NCBI GenBank assembly: GCA_963851265.1
Contig: CAWKNZ010000007.1
Coordinates: forward strand, 1-64,000
Reading direction: 5' to 3'
Length of the DNA: 64,000 nt
Source: an uncultured Gemmatimonadales bacterium
GTDB lineage: Bacteria > Gemmatimonadota > Gemmatimonadetes > Gemmatimonadales > Gemmatimonadaceae
The notes beneath the pieces were generated by a model. The model was not told the origin of the DNA and searched no databases. It worked only from the letters and a program-made list of their open reading frames with translations. The position numbers and the translations under genes were made by a program. This document shows, in pieces, positions 32,838 through 47,828 of the stretch; position 1 is the first letter of the stretch, and each line of letters starts with the position of its first letter.

Positions 32838-33294
32838 CCGGCCGCGCGGCGTCACCGGCGCGGACGCTGGCGTCGGCGCCCCAGCCCCGGCATCACCCGG
32901 CTCGCCCGACGTCGTGCCCTGCCGCACCGAAGCCGACATCGTGGCCGTGCGCCACCTCGTGCGGCGGCGCGCGGCCGAACTCGGCTTCTCGCTCGTCAAC
33001 CAGACCAAGCTGGTGACGGCGGCGAGCGAGCTCGCCCGCAACACGGTGCAGTACGGCGGTGGGGGCACGCTGCACCTGGAGGTGGTGGGCGACGGGCTGC
33101 GTCGCGGGCTCCGCCTCGTCTTCGAGGACCGAGGCCCGGGCATTCCGGACGTCGCCCTCGCGCTGACCGACGGGTACACCACGGGGCAGGGGCTCGGGCT
33201 CGGCATGAGCGGGTCGAAGCGACTCGTGAGCGAGTTCCACGTCGCGACCGTGGTGGGGCAGGGGACCCGCGTGACCGCGGTGATGTGGAAGTGA
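32818..33294 (+). CDS. rsbT: Stressosome Ser/Thr kinase RsbT
   Basis: TAASELARN, DRGPGIPDV..ALTDGYTTG.GLGLG; start uncertain. Confidence 0.88.
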   Translation: MPTYEPSRPRGVTGADAGVGAPAPASPGSPDVVPCRTEADIVAVRHLVRRRAAELGFSLVNQTKLVTAASELARNTVQYGGGGTLHLEVVGDGLRRGLRLVFEDRGPGIPDVALALTDGYTTGQGLGLGMSGSKRLVSEFHVATVVGQGTRVTAVMWK

Positions 33295-34409
33295 ACGCCC
33301 TCGAACCGTTAGGCGCGGGCGGGTGGCCGCCGGGGCAGGTCGTTCCGGTGGACGAGGCGTCGCGCGTGGGCGAGGCGCGGCGCGCGGCCGCGGGGCTCGC
33401 CTACGCGCTCGGCTTCGCGGACACCGACGCCGCGCGCGTGGCCCTGGTCGCGACCGAACTGGCGACCAACCTGGTCCGGCACGCCGTGGGCGGGCAACTC
33501 GTGGTGCAGGCGGCCGAGGGCCCCGCGGTCGAGCTGCTGGCCGTGGATCGCGGGCCGGGCATCGCCGACGTGCGCCGTGCGATGCGCGACGGCTACTCCA
33601 GCGGCGGCACGTCGGGAACGGGGCTCGGCGCGGTCCGGCGTCAGGCCGACGCCGTCGACCTCTACACGCGGCCGTCGGTGTTCGGTGCCGCGCCCGTCGA
33701 CGGCGAGGGGACGGTGGCGTGGGCGCGGTGCGCGCGTCACAGGCGCGCCGGGGAGCCCGGCCCGGGGGCGGCGGTCGAGGCGACGGCGGCAGTGGCCAAC
33801 GTCGCGGGCGTGTGCCTGCCGGTCGAGGGGGAGCAGGCGTGCGGCGACGCCTGGGCCGCAGCGGTCGCGGGGGCGACGCGCATGCAGCTGCTCGTGGTCG
33901 ACGGCCTCGGGCACGGCCCGGCGGCGGCGGCCGCCGCCGCCGCCGCGGTCGAGACGTTCCGTGCGCACGCGGCCGCGCTCGCGCCGGCGGCGCTCGTCGA
34001 GCAGCTGCACGGCGCGCTGCGGGCGACGCGGGGGGCCGCGCTCGCGGTCGCCCTGTTCGACGGGGCGCGCCGTGAGATACGCTTCGCGGGTATCGGCAAC
34101 GTCGCCGGCGCGGTGTACACGCGCGAGGCGGCGGACCTCGGCCGATGGGGCGCCGCCCACATGATGTCGCACAACGGCACCGTCGGCCACCAGATGCGCA
34201 AGGTGCAGGAACTCGTGTACGCGTGGCCCGTGGACTCGTTCGTCATCTTCCACACCGACGGTGTGCGGTCGCGCTGGCAGCTGGACGCGTACCCGGGCAT
34301 CGGCGCGCGCTGTCCGGCGGTGGTCGCGGGCGTGTTGTGGCGCGACCAGCGCCGCGGGCGCGACGACGCGACGGTGGTCGTCGTGGGCGACGCCGCTCCC
34401 GCCCGGTGA
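33291..34409 (+). CDS. HATPase-like plus PP2C/SpoIIE phosphatase (RsbX-like)
   Basis: ATELATNLVRH, DRGPGI; CGDAW, VVDGLGHG, HTDG, RDDATV. Confidence 0.85.
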   Translation: MNALEPLGAGGWPPGQVVPVDEASRVGEARRAAAGLAYALGFADTDAARVALVATELATNLVRHAVGGQLVVQAAEGPAVELLAVDRGPGIADVRRAMRDGYSSGGTSGTGLGAVRRQADAVDLYTRPSVFGAAPVDGEGTVAWARCARHRRAGEPGPGAAVEATAAVANVAGVCLPVEGEQACGDAWAAAVAGATRMQLLVVDGLGHGPAAAAAAAAAVETFRAHAAALAPAALVEQLHGALRATRGAALAVALFDGARREIRFAGIGNVAGAVYTREAADLGRWGAAHMMSHNGTVGHQMRKVQELVYAWPVDSFVIFHTDGVRSRWQLDAYPGIGARCPAVVAGVLWRDQRRGRDDATVVVVGDAAPAR

Positions 34410-35946
34410 CGCGGGTGAGCACCGCGACGCGGCCGGCGCGCCCGGCCGACGGCAGCGCGACGATCCTCAGCGTCGACCTGCGTTATGCGGAAGACGTCGT
34501 GCTCGCGCGTCAGCGGGCGCGGCAGATCGCCGCGCTGCTCGGGTTCGAGGGGCAGGACCAGACGCGACTCGCGACCGCGGTGTCCGAGATCGCGCGCAAC
34601 GCGTTCCAGTACGCGGGCGGCGGCCGCGTGTCGTTCGCCCTCGCCCCATCCGCGGCCGCGGCCGGCGGCACGGCGGAGAGCGCGGCGGCGAGTCTCGTCC
34701 TTCGCGTCGAGGACTCCGGGCCGGGCATCGCCGAGCTCGACGCGATCCTCGCCGGGCGCTACCGATCGAGCACCGGGATGGGCGCGGGAATCCGCGGCGC
34801 GCGGCGCCTGACGGACACGTTCGCCGTCGAGACCGCGCCGGGGGCGGGGACGCGCGTCGTGATGACGCGGCGCGTGCCGGCGCGCGCGGGCGTGGCGACC
34901 GCCGCGACGCCCGAGACCGCGGCGCGGCTGGCGGAGGCGCTCGCCCGGCAGGTGCCGCGTGGGCCGCTCGAGGAGGTGCAGGCGCAGAACTCCGAGCTGC
35001 TGGCCACGCTCGACGCGCTCCGCGAACGGCAGGCCGACGTCGAGCGCCTCAACGCGGCGCTCGCGGAGGCCAACGTGGACCTCGCGCGCACCAACCAGGA
35101 GCTCGCCGAGACCAACCGCGGCGTGCTCGCGCTCTACGCCGAGCTCGACGACCGGGCCGAGGCGCTCCGGCGCGGGTCGGAGCTCAAATCGCGCTTTCTG
35201 TCGGACGTGAGTCACGAGCTGCGCACGCCGCTCAGCTCGATCGTGAACCTGACGCGCATCCTGGTCGACGACCCCGGCGCGGCGTTCGGCGCGGAGCAGC
35301 GGCGCGCCGTCCAGTTCATCCGGAAGTCGGCACTCGGCCTCACGGAGCTCGTCAACGACCTGCTCGACCTCGCGAAGATCGAGGCGGGGCGGGTCGAGTT
35401 GCGCATCGCGGAGTTCACCGTCGCCGACCTGCTCGCCGCGCTCCGCGGCGTGTGCCGGCCACTCGTGACGAGCGACGCGGTCGCGCTGCGCATAGACGAG
35501 CCCGCGCCGCTGACGCTGCTCACCGACGAGGGGCGGCTGTCGCAGGTGCTGCGCAACCTCGTCGGCAACGCGCTCAAGTACACCGACGCGGGCGAGGTGC
35601 GCGTGACGACGACGCGCGAACCGGACGACGCCGTGTGCTTCGCGGTGCGCGACACCGGAGTCGGCATCCGGCCCGAAGACCTCGAGCGCGTGTTCGACGA
35701 ATTCGTGCAGGTCGAGGGCGCGCACCAGCGGCGTGTGAAGGGGACCGGCCTCGGGCTGCCGCTCTCGCGCAAGCTCGCCGGACTGCTCGGCGGCACCGTG
35801 TCGCTGGCGAGCCACCCCGGGCGGGGCTCGGAGTTCTCGCTGCGCGTGCCGCGCGTGCACCCGTCGTTAGACCCGACGCGCGAGCCGCCGGCGGTCGTGC
35901 GGGAGCTGTCGGAAGCGCGCGGGCAGCTGCGCCGGGAGGCCCAGGC

Positions 35947-35950
<4 letters not shown>
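34406..35950 (+). CDS. Histidine kinase with N-terminal RsbT-like domain and coiled coil
   Basis: DVVLARQRAR..TAVSEIARN; SHELRTPL, NLVGNALKY, DTGVGI, GTGLGL. Confidence 0.88.
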
Positions 35951-37245
<1,295 letters not shown>

Positions 37246-37333
37246 CGCCCGCGCGCGGCGCACGGGGCCCGGGTGCCTAACGTGTCGTCCGGCGCGCGGG
37301 CCGTCCACGCTCCGTTCCTCCCTGACCTCCCCC

Positions 37334-39823
37334 ATGCAGCTCGACCGCCTCTCCCCCGACCTCGCCCTCGCGCTGGAGGACGCCCGTCGCCGGGCCGAGC
37401 GACGCGGCGCGGGCTACATCCAGCCGAAGCACCTCCTCCTCGCGCTGCTCGACGACGGCGGCCCGCTGGAGCGCGAGCTCGGGCCGTTAGGCGTCCGCGC
37501 CGCACTCGCCTACGACGCGGTCTCGCACGTGGCCGACCCGCCGGGCGCGCGCCTCGAGCCCGGCCGCCAGCCGCTCGAGGGGCGCGCGCTCCGCGACCTG
37601 CTCGACGCGGCCGAGCGGCTCGCGACCAAGCGCGGCGAGGCGGACGTCGGGCCGGCCGCCGTGCTCGTCGCGGCCGCGCGCGGCACGGGCGGCGAGGTTG
37701 TCATCGGGCACGCGCTGCGGGATGCGGGATTCACCCCCGACCGACTCACGACGGCGCTCGACGGGGCCGCCGCGCGCGCCGCATCGGCCGCGCACGCCGA
37801 CGCGACGCCCGCGCCGACCGCGCCGGGGAGCGGCGGGCGCGCGGCCGCGATCCCGGCGCCCTCCGCGCCGACCATCCGCGCGACGGCGGGCGCCACGCCT
37901 GCCCGGGGCGCGCCCGCCGGCCGCGCGCCCGACGGGCGCGTGCCCGACGGGCGCGTGCCCGACGGCGGGCAGAGCGGGCTCGCCGCCTACAGCCGCGACC
38001 TCACCGCGCTCGCCCGCGCGGGAGAGCTCTCCCCCGTGATCGGCCGCGATGACGAGACGCAGCAGGTCATCCAGACCCTCCTCCGCCGCACGAAGAACAA
38101 CCCCGTGCTCGTCGGCGACCCGGGCGTGGGCAAGACCGCTGTCGTCGAAGGGCTCGCGCAGCGCATCGCCGCGGGGCGCGTGCCGGAGTCGCTGAAGCAC
38201 GCGCGCCTGCTCGCGCTCGACCTCACCGCGCTCGTGGCCGGCGCCAAGTACCGCGGCGAGTTCGAGGAGCGCCTGAAGGGCGTCGTGGACGAGGTGCGTA
38301 CCGCGCGGGACGTGGTGCTCTTTCTCGACGAGGTGCACACGCTCGTGGGCGCCGGGGCCAACGAGGGCGGGATGGACGCGGCCAACCTGCTCAAGCCCGC
38401 GCTCGCGCGCGGCGAGCTGCGGGCGATCGGCGCGACGACGCACGACGAGTACCGCGAGCGCATCGAGAAGGACGGCGCGCTCGCGCGACGGTTCGAGCCC
38501 GTGGTCGTCGCGGAGCCCGACGACGCAACGGTGCTGCGCATGTTGGAGGGCGCCGCCTCGCGCTACACCGCGCACCACGGCGTCGAGGTCGACGGGGCCG
38601 CGCTCGCGGCCGTGGTCAAGCTCGCGCGCCGCCATCTGCGGGACCGCGCGTTCCCCGACAAGGCCTTCGACGTGCTCGACGAGGCCTGCGCGCGCGTGCG
38701 ACTCGCCGCCGAAGCGCTCGGCACCGCCGCGACCGCGCCCGACCGGGTCGTTCGGCAGGCCGACGTCGCGGCGGTGGTGGCGCGCCGCGCGCGCGTGCCG
38801 GTCTCGCGCCTGCTCCAGAGCGAGCGCGAGCGGTTGCTCACACTCGAGGCGCGCCTCGGCGAGCGGCTCTTCGGGCAGGACGCCGCGGTCGACGCGACGG
38901 CCGACGCGGCGCGGCGCATGCGCGCCGACCTCCGGCGCGTGCGCAAGCCGGCGTCGTTCCTTTTCGTCGGACCCACGGGCGTGGGCAAGACCGAGCTGGC
39001 GAAGGCGCTGGCCGAGGCGCTGTTCGACGACGAGCAGGCACTCGTGCGCATCGACATGGCCGAGTACAAGGAGTCGCACTCGGTGTCGGGGCTCATCGGG
39101 TCGAGGCCCGGGCTCGTCGGCTCGGACCGCGGCGGCTTCCTCACCGAGCAGGTGCGCCGGAATCCCAACTCCGTCGTGCTGTTCGACGAGGTGGAGAAGG
39201 CGCACCCGGAGGTGATGGACCTGCTGTTAGGCGTGCTCGACGAGGGGCGCCTCACCGACGCGCAGGGGCGGCGCGTCGACTTCACGAACACGCTCATCAT
39301 CCTCACCTCCAACCTCGGCGTGCGCGAGGCGGCGCAGGCCGCGCCCGACGACCCGGAGTTGGCGCGCGAGATCATCCTCGGCGTCGTGCAGGCCTCGCTG
39401 CGCCCCGAACTGTTCAACCGCATCGGCGCGGTGGTGCCCTTCCGTTCTCTCGACACGGCGGTGCTGCGGCGCATCGTGCGCAAGCACCTCAAGGGCGTGG
39501 GCGAGCGGCTCGAGGAGGAGTACGACGCGGGGTTGGTGGCCGACGACGACGCGGTCGCGCGCCTCGCGGAGTTGGCCTACGACCCCGCGTACGGGGCGCG
39601 GCCCGTGGAGCGGACGCTCGAGCGCCTCGTGTTGGGCGACCTGGCGCGCGCGGTGCTCGCGGGCCACGTGCAGCCGGGCCACGTCGTGCGCATCGTCCGC
39701 GAGAGTGACGGCGTCCTCGTGCTGGCCGGGCCGCCGGACGAGGTCACCGAGCGAGCCGCGCGCATCCTCGCCGCAGCCGCCGGAACCCCGCCCGGCACGT
39801 CGGCCGGCACCTCGCCGCGGTAG
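37334..39823 (+). CDS. Clp/Hsp100 AAA+ ATPase with two nucleotide-binding domains (atypical)
   Basis: Clp N-domain, [55 protein letters not shown]. Confidence 0.9.
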   Translation: MQLDRLSPDLALALEDARRRAERRGAGYIQPKHLLLALLDDGGPLERELGPLGVRAALAYDAVSHVADPPGARLEPGRQPLEGRALRDLLDAAERLATKRGEADVGPAAVLVAAARGTGGEVVIGHALRDAGFTPDRLTTALDGAAARAASAAHADATPAPTAPGSGGRAAAIPAPSAPTIRATAGATPARGAPAGRAPDGRVPDGRVPDGGQSGLAAYSRDLTALARAGELSPVIGRDDETQQVIQTLLRRTKNNPVLVGDPGVGKTAVVEGLAQRIAAGRVPESLKHARLLALDLTALVAGAKYRGEFEERLKGVVDEVRTARDVVLFLDEVHTLVGAGANEGGMDAANLLKPALARGELRAIGATTHDEYRERIEKDGALARRFEPVVVAEPDDATVLRMLEGAASRYTAHHGVEVDGAALAAVVKLARRHLRDRAFPDKAFDVLDEACARVRLAAEALGTAATAPDRVVRQADVAAVVARRARVPVSRLLQSERERLLTLEARLGERLFGQDAAVDATADAARRMRADLRRVRKPASFLFVGPTGVGKTELAKALAEALFDDEQALVRIDMAEYKESHSVSGLIGSRPGLVGSDRGGFLTEQVRRNPNSVVLFDEVEKAHPEVMDLLLGVLDEGRLTDAQGRRVDFTNTLIILTSNLGVREAAQAAPDDPELAREIILGVVQASLRPELFNRIGAVVPFRSLDTAVLRRIVRKHLKGVGERLEEEYDAGLVADDDAVARLAELAYDPAYGARPVERTLERLVLGDLARAVLAGHVQPGHVVRIVRESDGVLVLAGPPDEVTERAARILAAAAGTPPGTSAGTSPR

Positions 39824-39831
39824 CGGTTTGG

Positions 39832-40317
39832 CTAGCCGCCCAACTCGGTGACGATGGCGTCGACGCCCGGCCAGCCGTCGCGGCTGTAGCGGGCGAGCGT
39901 GCGGAGGTAGCGCACGCCCTCGTCGCCGTGCGCGGCGCGAACGGCGTCCGCGCCGCGGCGTACCGCGTCGGCGTCGGCGTACGGCGGCGTGAGGTGTTCG
40001 GCCATCACGCCGTTCGCGTGCGGCACCCCGGCGGCGTCGAGGAAGGTGATCTGCGTGGCCGGCTCGAGCTCGACGTAGAGCAGGTGCAGGAGGTCGAGTT
40101 CGTCCTGCGCGGTCTCGGCGTTGAGGCGGACGACCTCGCGCGCGAGCCGGTCGACGGGCCAGGACTGGACCGTCACGGCGCGAAAGCCACCGCCGCGCGC
40201 GACGACGCGCTGCGTGTAGAGTGCGCGCGCGGCGCGCCCGCCGGTGCTCAGGGCGTGGCCGACGAGCGCGACGCGCCGCGCCGCGGGCAGGGTGCGGTAG
40301 GGGGAGGGGAGTGCCAT
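39832..40317 (-). CDS. Hypothetical protein
   Basis: 161-aa ORF with GC-typical codon use that fills the gap between two real genes. Confidence 0.65.
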   Translation of the reverse strand: MALPSPYRTLPAARRVALVGHALSTGGRAARALYTQRVVARGGGFRAVTVQSWPVDRLAREVVRLNAETAQDELDLLHLLYVELEPATQITFLDAAGVPHANGVMAEHLTPPYADADAVRRGADAVRAAHGDEGVRYLRTLARYSRDGWPGVDAIVTELGG

Positions 40318-40432
40318 TGCTACAAGGTAACGCGACCCGTAGCGAGCTCATGGCCCGTGGCGTGCTTGCCGTGCGCGCCGGCAGACGCGCGATCGCGCGC
40401 GCCGCGCTCCCGCTCTCCCACCGCCGCTCACG

Positions 40433-41263
40433 ATGCCCTATCTCAAGACGACCGCCGCCCCGACGACCGACATCTACTTCGAAGACGGCGGCGGCTCCGG
40501 CCAGCCGGTCGTGCTCATCCACGGGTGGCCGCTCTCACTGCGCTCGTGGGAGAGCCAGGCCAATGCCCTCATGGCGGCCGGCTACCGCGTGGTCGCGTAC
40601 GACCGCCGCGGTTTCGGGCAGTCGGGGCACGCCACGGGCGGCTACGACTACGACACGTTCGCGTCGGACCTGAACGACGTGCTGAACGAGCTGAATCTGA
40701 CGAACGCGGTCATCGTCGGGTTCTCGATGGGCGGCGGCGAGGTCGCGCGCTACATCGGGCGCTACGGCGAGAACCGGATCGGCAAGGCGGTCCTCGTGTC
40801 GGCCGTGACGCCCTACCTGCTCAAGACGGCGGACAACCCGGACGGCGTCGATCAGGCGACGTTCGACCAGATGGTCGCCGGCGTGACGAAGGACCGCGTC
40901 AACTTCCTCGCCGACTTCATGCCGGCGTTCTACAAGGGCGGGTTGCTGGCGCCCAAGGCGAGCGACGACGTGATCGCGTTCTCCAAGTCGCTCGCGTGGG
41001 TGGCCTCGCCGCTCGGCACGCAGCGCTGCGTCGTGGCGTTCAGCGCGACGGACTTCCGGGGCGACCTGGCCAAGTTCACGGTGCCGACGCTCGTCGTGCA
41101 CGGCGACGGCGACCACACCGTGCCGATCCAGTTCTCCGGCGAACGCGCGGCCAAGCTGGTCAAGGGCAGCCGGTTCGAGGTGATCAGCGGCGCCCCGCAC
41201 GGCCTGACCGCGACGCACGCCGAGGAATTCAACCGGATCCTGCTCGACTTTCTCGCGAGCTGA
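40433..41263 (+). CDS. Alpha/beta hydrolase (non-heme haloperoxidase/arylesterase family)
   Basis: LIHGWPLS, YDRRGFGQS, GFSMGG, HGDGD, GAPHG. Confidence 0.92.
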   Translation: MPYLKTTAAPTTDIYFEDGGGSGQPVVLIHGWPLSLRSWESQANALMAAGYRVVAYDRRGFGQSGHATGGYDYDTFASDLNDVLNELNLTNAVIVGFSMGGGEVARYIGRYGENRIGKAVLVSAVTPYLLKTADNPDGVDQATFDQMVAGVTKDRVNFLADFMPAFYKGGLLAPKASDDVIAFSKSLAWVASPLGTQRCVVAFSATDFRGDLAKFTVPTLVVHGDGDHTVPIQFSGERAAKLVKGSRFEVISGAPHGLTATHAEEFNRILLDFLAS

Positions 41264-41405
41264 CCGGTTGGGCGTGGGCGTGTGACGCCTCCGGCACGCG
41301 CGCCGGCGTGCGCGTCGTTAACGTGTCTGGAGGACGGCGCGGCGCGCCCGATTGGGGGCGCCGCCGCCGGTGACCGTCACTGCCGAGCGAACCGCGAGGA
41401 TCAGG

Positions 41406-43112
41406 GTGCAACCAGTCGTGCAGCCGCCGGGGCGCGAGCCCCTCGAGTATGACGCCATCGTTGTCGGGTCGGGGATTTCAGGTGGTTGGGCCGCAAAGGA
41501 GTTGACCGAGAAGGGGCTCAACGTGCTCATGCTCGAGCGCGGCAAGAACATCGAGCACATCAAGGACTACATCAGCGCGACCAAGGCGCCCTGGGCGTTC
41601 CCCCACCGCGGCGGCCGTACGGTCGCGATGGAGGACGCGTACCCGGTCCTGAAGCGTGATTACCCGCTGAACGAGAAGAACCTCGACTGGTGGGCGAGCG
41701 ACAAGGATTCGCCGTACACCGAGGTCAAGCGCTTCGATTGGTACCGCGGCTACCACGTCGGCGGCCGCTCGCTCATGTGGGGACGCCAGAGCTACCGGCA
41801 CGGCGACCTGGACTTCGAGGCCAACGCGAAACAGGGCGTCGGCACCGACTGGCCCATCCGCTACGCCGACATCGCGCCGTGGTACGACTACGTCGAACGC
41901 TTCTCGGGCATCTCGGGGACGCGTGACGGGCTCGCGCAGCTCCCCGACGGGCAGTTCCAGCCGCCCATCCCGCTCAACTGCGTGGAGGAGGCCGCGGCGG
42001 ACAAGGTGAAGGCCAAGTTCGGTGGCGCGCGGCGCATCATCCATTCGCGCACGGCGAACGCGACGCTCAAGCTGCCAAACCGCTACCCCTGCCAGTACCG
42101 CGACGCCTGCTGGCTCGGCTGCCCGTACGGCGGCTACTTCAGCACGCAGTCGTCGACGCTGCCGGCGGCCGCGGCCACCAAGCGGCTCACGCTCAAGCCG
42201 TTCGCGATCGTCACCGAAGTGCTGTACGACAAGGACCGCAAGCGCGCGACGGGCGTGCGCGTGCTGGACGCGGTGTCGAATCAGACGACGGACTACAAGG
42301 CCAAGATCGTCTTCCTCTGCGCGTCGACCATCAACTCGACGTGGCTGCTCCTCCGCTCTGCGACCGACGTGTGGCCCGATGGGCTGGGCAGCAGTTCGGG
42401 CGAGCTCGGGCACAACCTGATGGACCACCACTTCCGCGTGGGCGCGTCGGGGCGGATCGAGGGGTCCGACGACAAGACCACCTACGGGCGTCGTCCGTGC
42501 GGGTTCTACATCCCGCGCTTCCGCAACGTGGGGCACGACAAGCGCCCATACCTGCGCGGCTTCGGCTACCAGGGCAGCGCGAGCCGCGACGGTTGGTCGC
42601 GCGCGGTGGCGGAGCTCGGCATCGGCGGGGAGTTCAAGGACATGGCGGCCGAGCCGGGCGCGTGGCGGATGGGCGCGACCGCGTTCGGCGAGATGCTCCC
42701 GGACCATCGGAACACGGTCACGCTCGACAAGACGAAGACCGACAAGTGGGGGCTGCCGGTGGTCGCCCTCGACTGTCAGATCCGCGAGAACGAGCAGTTG
42801 ATGCGCAAGGACATGGGCCCCGACATGGCCGAGATGCTCGAGGCGGCCGGCGCGAAGGACATCCACGTCTACAGCGGCGATTACGCGCCCGGGATGGGCA
42901 TCCACGAGATGGGCAGCGCCCGCATGGGCACGAGTCCGAAGAATTCGGTGCTCAACAAGCACAACCAGGTGTGGGACGCGCCTAACGTGTTCGTCACCGA
43001 CGGCTCGTGCATGGCGAGCACCTCGTGCGTGAACCCGTCGCTCACCTACATGGCGCTCACGGCCCGCGCGGCCGACTTCGCGGTGAACGAGCTCAAGGCC
43101 CGCAATCTCTGA
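41406..43112 (+). CDS. GMC-family flavoprotein (glycoside 3-dehydrogenase-like large subunit)
   Basis: DAIVVGSGISGGWAAKEL, VGGRSLMWGRQ, CQYRDACWLGC Fe-S motif, HEMGSARMG, NPSLTYMA; GAGGA RBS. Confidence 0.9.
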   Translation: MQPVVQPPGREPLEYDAIVVGSGISGGWAAKELTEKGLNVLMLERGKNIEHIKDYISATKAPWAFPHRGGRTVAMEDAYPVLKRDYPLNEKNLDWWASDKDSPYTEVKRFDWYRGYHVGGRSLMWGRQSYRHGDLDFEANAKQGVGTDWPIRYADIAPWYDYVERFSGISGTRDGLAQLPDGQFQPPIPLNCVEEAAADKVKAKFGGARRIIHSRTANATLKLPNRYPCQYRDACWLGCPYGGYFSTQSSTLPAAAATKRLTLKPFAIVTEVLYDKDRKRATGVRVLDAVSNQTTDYKAKIVFLCASTINSTWLLLRSATDVWPDGLGSSSGELGHNLMDHHFRVGASGRIEGSDDKTTYGRRPCGFYIPRFRNVGHDKRPYLRGFGYQGSASRDGWSRAVAELGIGGEFKDMAAEPGAWRMGATAFGEMLPDHRNTVTLDKTKTDKWGLPVVALDCQIRENEQLMRKDMGPDMAEMLEAAGAKDIHVYSGDYAPGMGIHEMGSARMGTSPKNSVLNKHNQVWDAPNVFVTDGSCMASTSCVNPSLTYMALTARAADFAVNELKARNL

Positions 43113-43128
43113 CCCGAGGCTGATCCCC

Positions 43129-44004
43129 ATGCCGAACGAATTCGAACAGTCGGCCGGCGAGTCGCCGGCCGTCATCTCGCGCCGCGAGGCGATCCAGCGG
43201 GTGAGCGCCCTCCTCGGCGGCGCCGCGCTCGTCGGCGGCAGCTCGCTGCTCGCCGCGTGCGAACGCGGCGAGCGCCCGGCCGCGGTCGCCAACGGCGCCT
43301 ACAAGCCGGTGGGCGCGTTCAGCGCGGACGACGTCGCGATGCTCGACGAGATCGCCGACACGATCCTGCCGACCACCGCGAAGAGCCCGGGCGCCAAGGC
43401 GGCCGCGACGGGGCCGTTCATGGCCCTCATGGTCACCGACACCTACCGCGCGCCCAAGCAGCAGGTGTTCCGCGACGGCCTGCGCAAGATCGACGACGCC
43501 ACGCGCAAGGCGGCGAACGTCGGCTTCATGCAGGCCACGCCCGCCCAGCGCCTCGCCGTGCTCACGGAGCTCGACCGCGAGCAGAAGACGTACATGGACG
43601 CGCTCGGCAAGGCGCAGGAGGAGGCGGCCAAGCACGGCAAGCAGACGGCGACCGGTCCCGGCGCGCCCCCCGAAGGCACGTCCCAGACGCAGGGTCCCGC
43701 CGCCGTCGCCGCCGGGAAGAAGGCCCAGGGCGACTCCGCCGACCAGCACCTCGCGGATCAGCGCCAGGAAAACGCCGGCACCGGCGACGTCGCGAGCGGC
43801 GCCATGGCCGCCGACGCCCCGCCGCACTACTTCCGCATGATGAAGGAGCTGGCCCTGCTCGGCTATTTCACCTCGGAAACCGTGGGACGCCTCAAGACGA
43901 ACGTCAGCGGAGCGCCGACGGACCGTTACGTCGACACGCCCGGGCGGTTCGACCCGTGCCTGCCGTACGTGAAGGGCACGCCCGCCCTGCTCCCGCACGC
44001 GTGA
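43129..44004 (+). CDS. Gluconate 2-dehydrogenase subunit 3 family protein with Tat-like signal
   Basis: ISRREAI, IADTILP..SPGAK, YFRMMKELALLGYFTSE. Confidence 0.85.
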   Translation: MPNEFEQSAGESPAVISRREAIQRVSALLGGAALVGGSSLLAACERGERPAAVANGAYKPVGAFSADDVAMLDEIADTILPTTAKSPGAKAAATGPFMALMVTDTYRAPKQQVFRDGLRKIDDATRKAANVGFMQATPAQRLAVLTELDREQKTYMDALGKAQEEAAKHGKQTATGPGAPPEGTSQTQGPAAVAAGKKAQGDSADQHLADQRQENAGTGDVASGAMAADAPPHYFRMMKELALLGYFTSETVGRLKTNVSGAPTDRYVDTPGRFDPCLPYVKGTPALLPHA

Positions 44005-44014
44005 CCCCGCCCAC

Positions 44015-44043
44015 TTGACGCGCGCGCCGGGCAGCGTTAACCG
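44015..44043 (+). promoter_or_regulatory. Candidate sigma70 promoter of the met operon
   Basis: TTGACG, 17-bp spacer, TAACCG, just upstream of the riboswitch. Confidence 0.45.
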
Positions 44044-44061
44044 TTACTTCACAACTGAAAC

Positions 44062-46845
<2,784 letters not shown>

Positions 46846-46858
<13 letters not shown>

Positions 46859-47763
46859 CGAACGGGGTCGGGCGGGACGGCGCAGGGGATCACGAGGCGG
46901 CTCGCCCGCGGAAGGTGACCACGGCCACCCTCACCGCGCTCAAGGCGCGCGGCACGCCGGCGGTGTTCGTGACCTCGTACGACTATCCGACCGCGGTCTA
47001 CGCGGACCGGGCGGGGGCCGACATGATTCTCGTGGGCGACTCGGCCGCCAACACCATGCTCGGGCTGCCGAGCACGACGGCGATCGGGATGCCCGAGATG
47101 CTCGTCTTCGCCGCGGCGGTGTGCCGCGGGGCGCGGCGCGCGTTCGTCATCGGCGACCTGCCGTTCCTGTCGTACCAGGCCTCGGACGCGAGCGCGATCC
47201 GCAACGCGGGCGCGTTCGTCCGCGTCGGGTGCGACGCGGTCAAGTGCGAGGGGGGGCGCCGCGTCGCACGGCGCGTGCGCGCGATGGCCGACGCGGGGAT
47301 CGCGGTGATGGGACACCTCGGCCTCACGCCGCAGAACCTCGCGCAGTTAGGCGGCTACCGCGTGCAGGGGCGGACGCGGGCGGGGGTCGACGCGCTCGTC
47401 GACGACGCGCGCGCGCTGGAAGAGGCGGGAGCGTACGCGCTCCTGCTCGAGGCGATGCCCCCCGAGGCGGCGGCTCGGGTGCGCGAGGCGCTCACGATCC
47501 CGGTGTACGGGATCGGCGCGGGGCCGCACGTCGACGGGCAACTCCTCATCGCGCACGATCTGCTCGGCAGCTTCGTCGGCGACATCCGGCCGCGGTTCGT
47601 GAAGCGGTACGCGGAGGTCGGGGCGGCGATCGAGGGGGCGTTCCGGGCGTACGCGGACGACGTGCGCGCGGGCAGGTTCCCGGCGGAGGAGCACTGCTAC
47701 GCGCGGGGCGAGGCGAGCGACGGCGCCGCCGTGGTCCCGGACCCGGCGAGGGCGAGCACGTAG
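46846..47763 (+). CDS. panB: 3-methyl-2-oxobutanoate hydroxymethyltransferase
   Basis: TSYDYP, ILVGDS, GDLPFLSY, AVKCEGG, MGHLGLTPQ, GIGAG..DGQ. Confidence 0.93.
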
Positions 47764-47828
47764 GCAACGGGGCAGGCGGATGGGTCCAGACGCGTCCGGC
47801 GGGACGAACGCGCCGGCCGTCCGGGGCG

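Noticed and set aside
37334..39823. Type VI secretion ClpV or canonical clpB/clpA call
   Set aside because: No T6SS genes in the window; M-domain and IGF loop are missing, so no gene symbol was assigned
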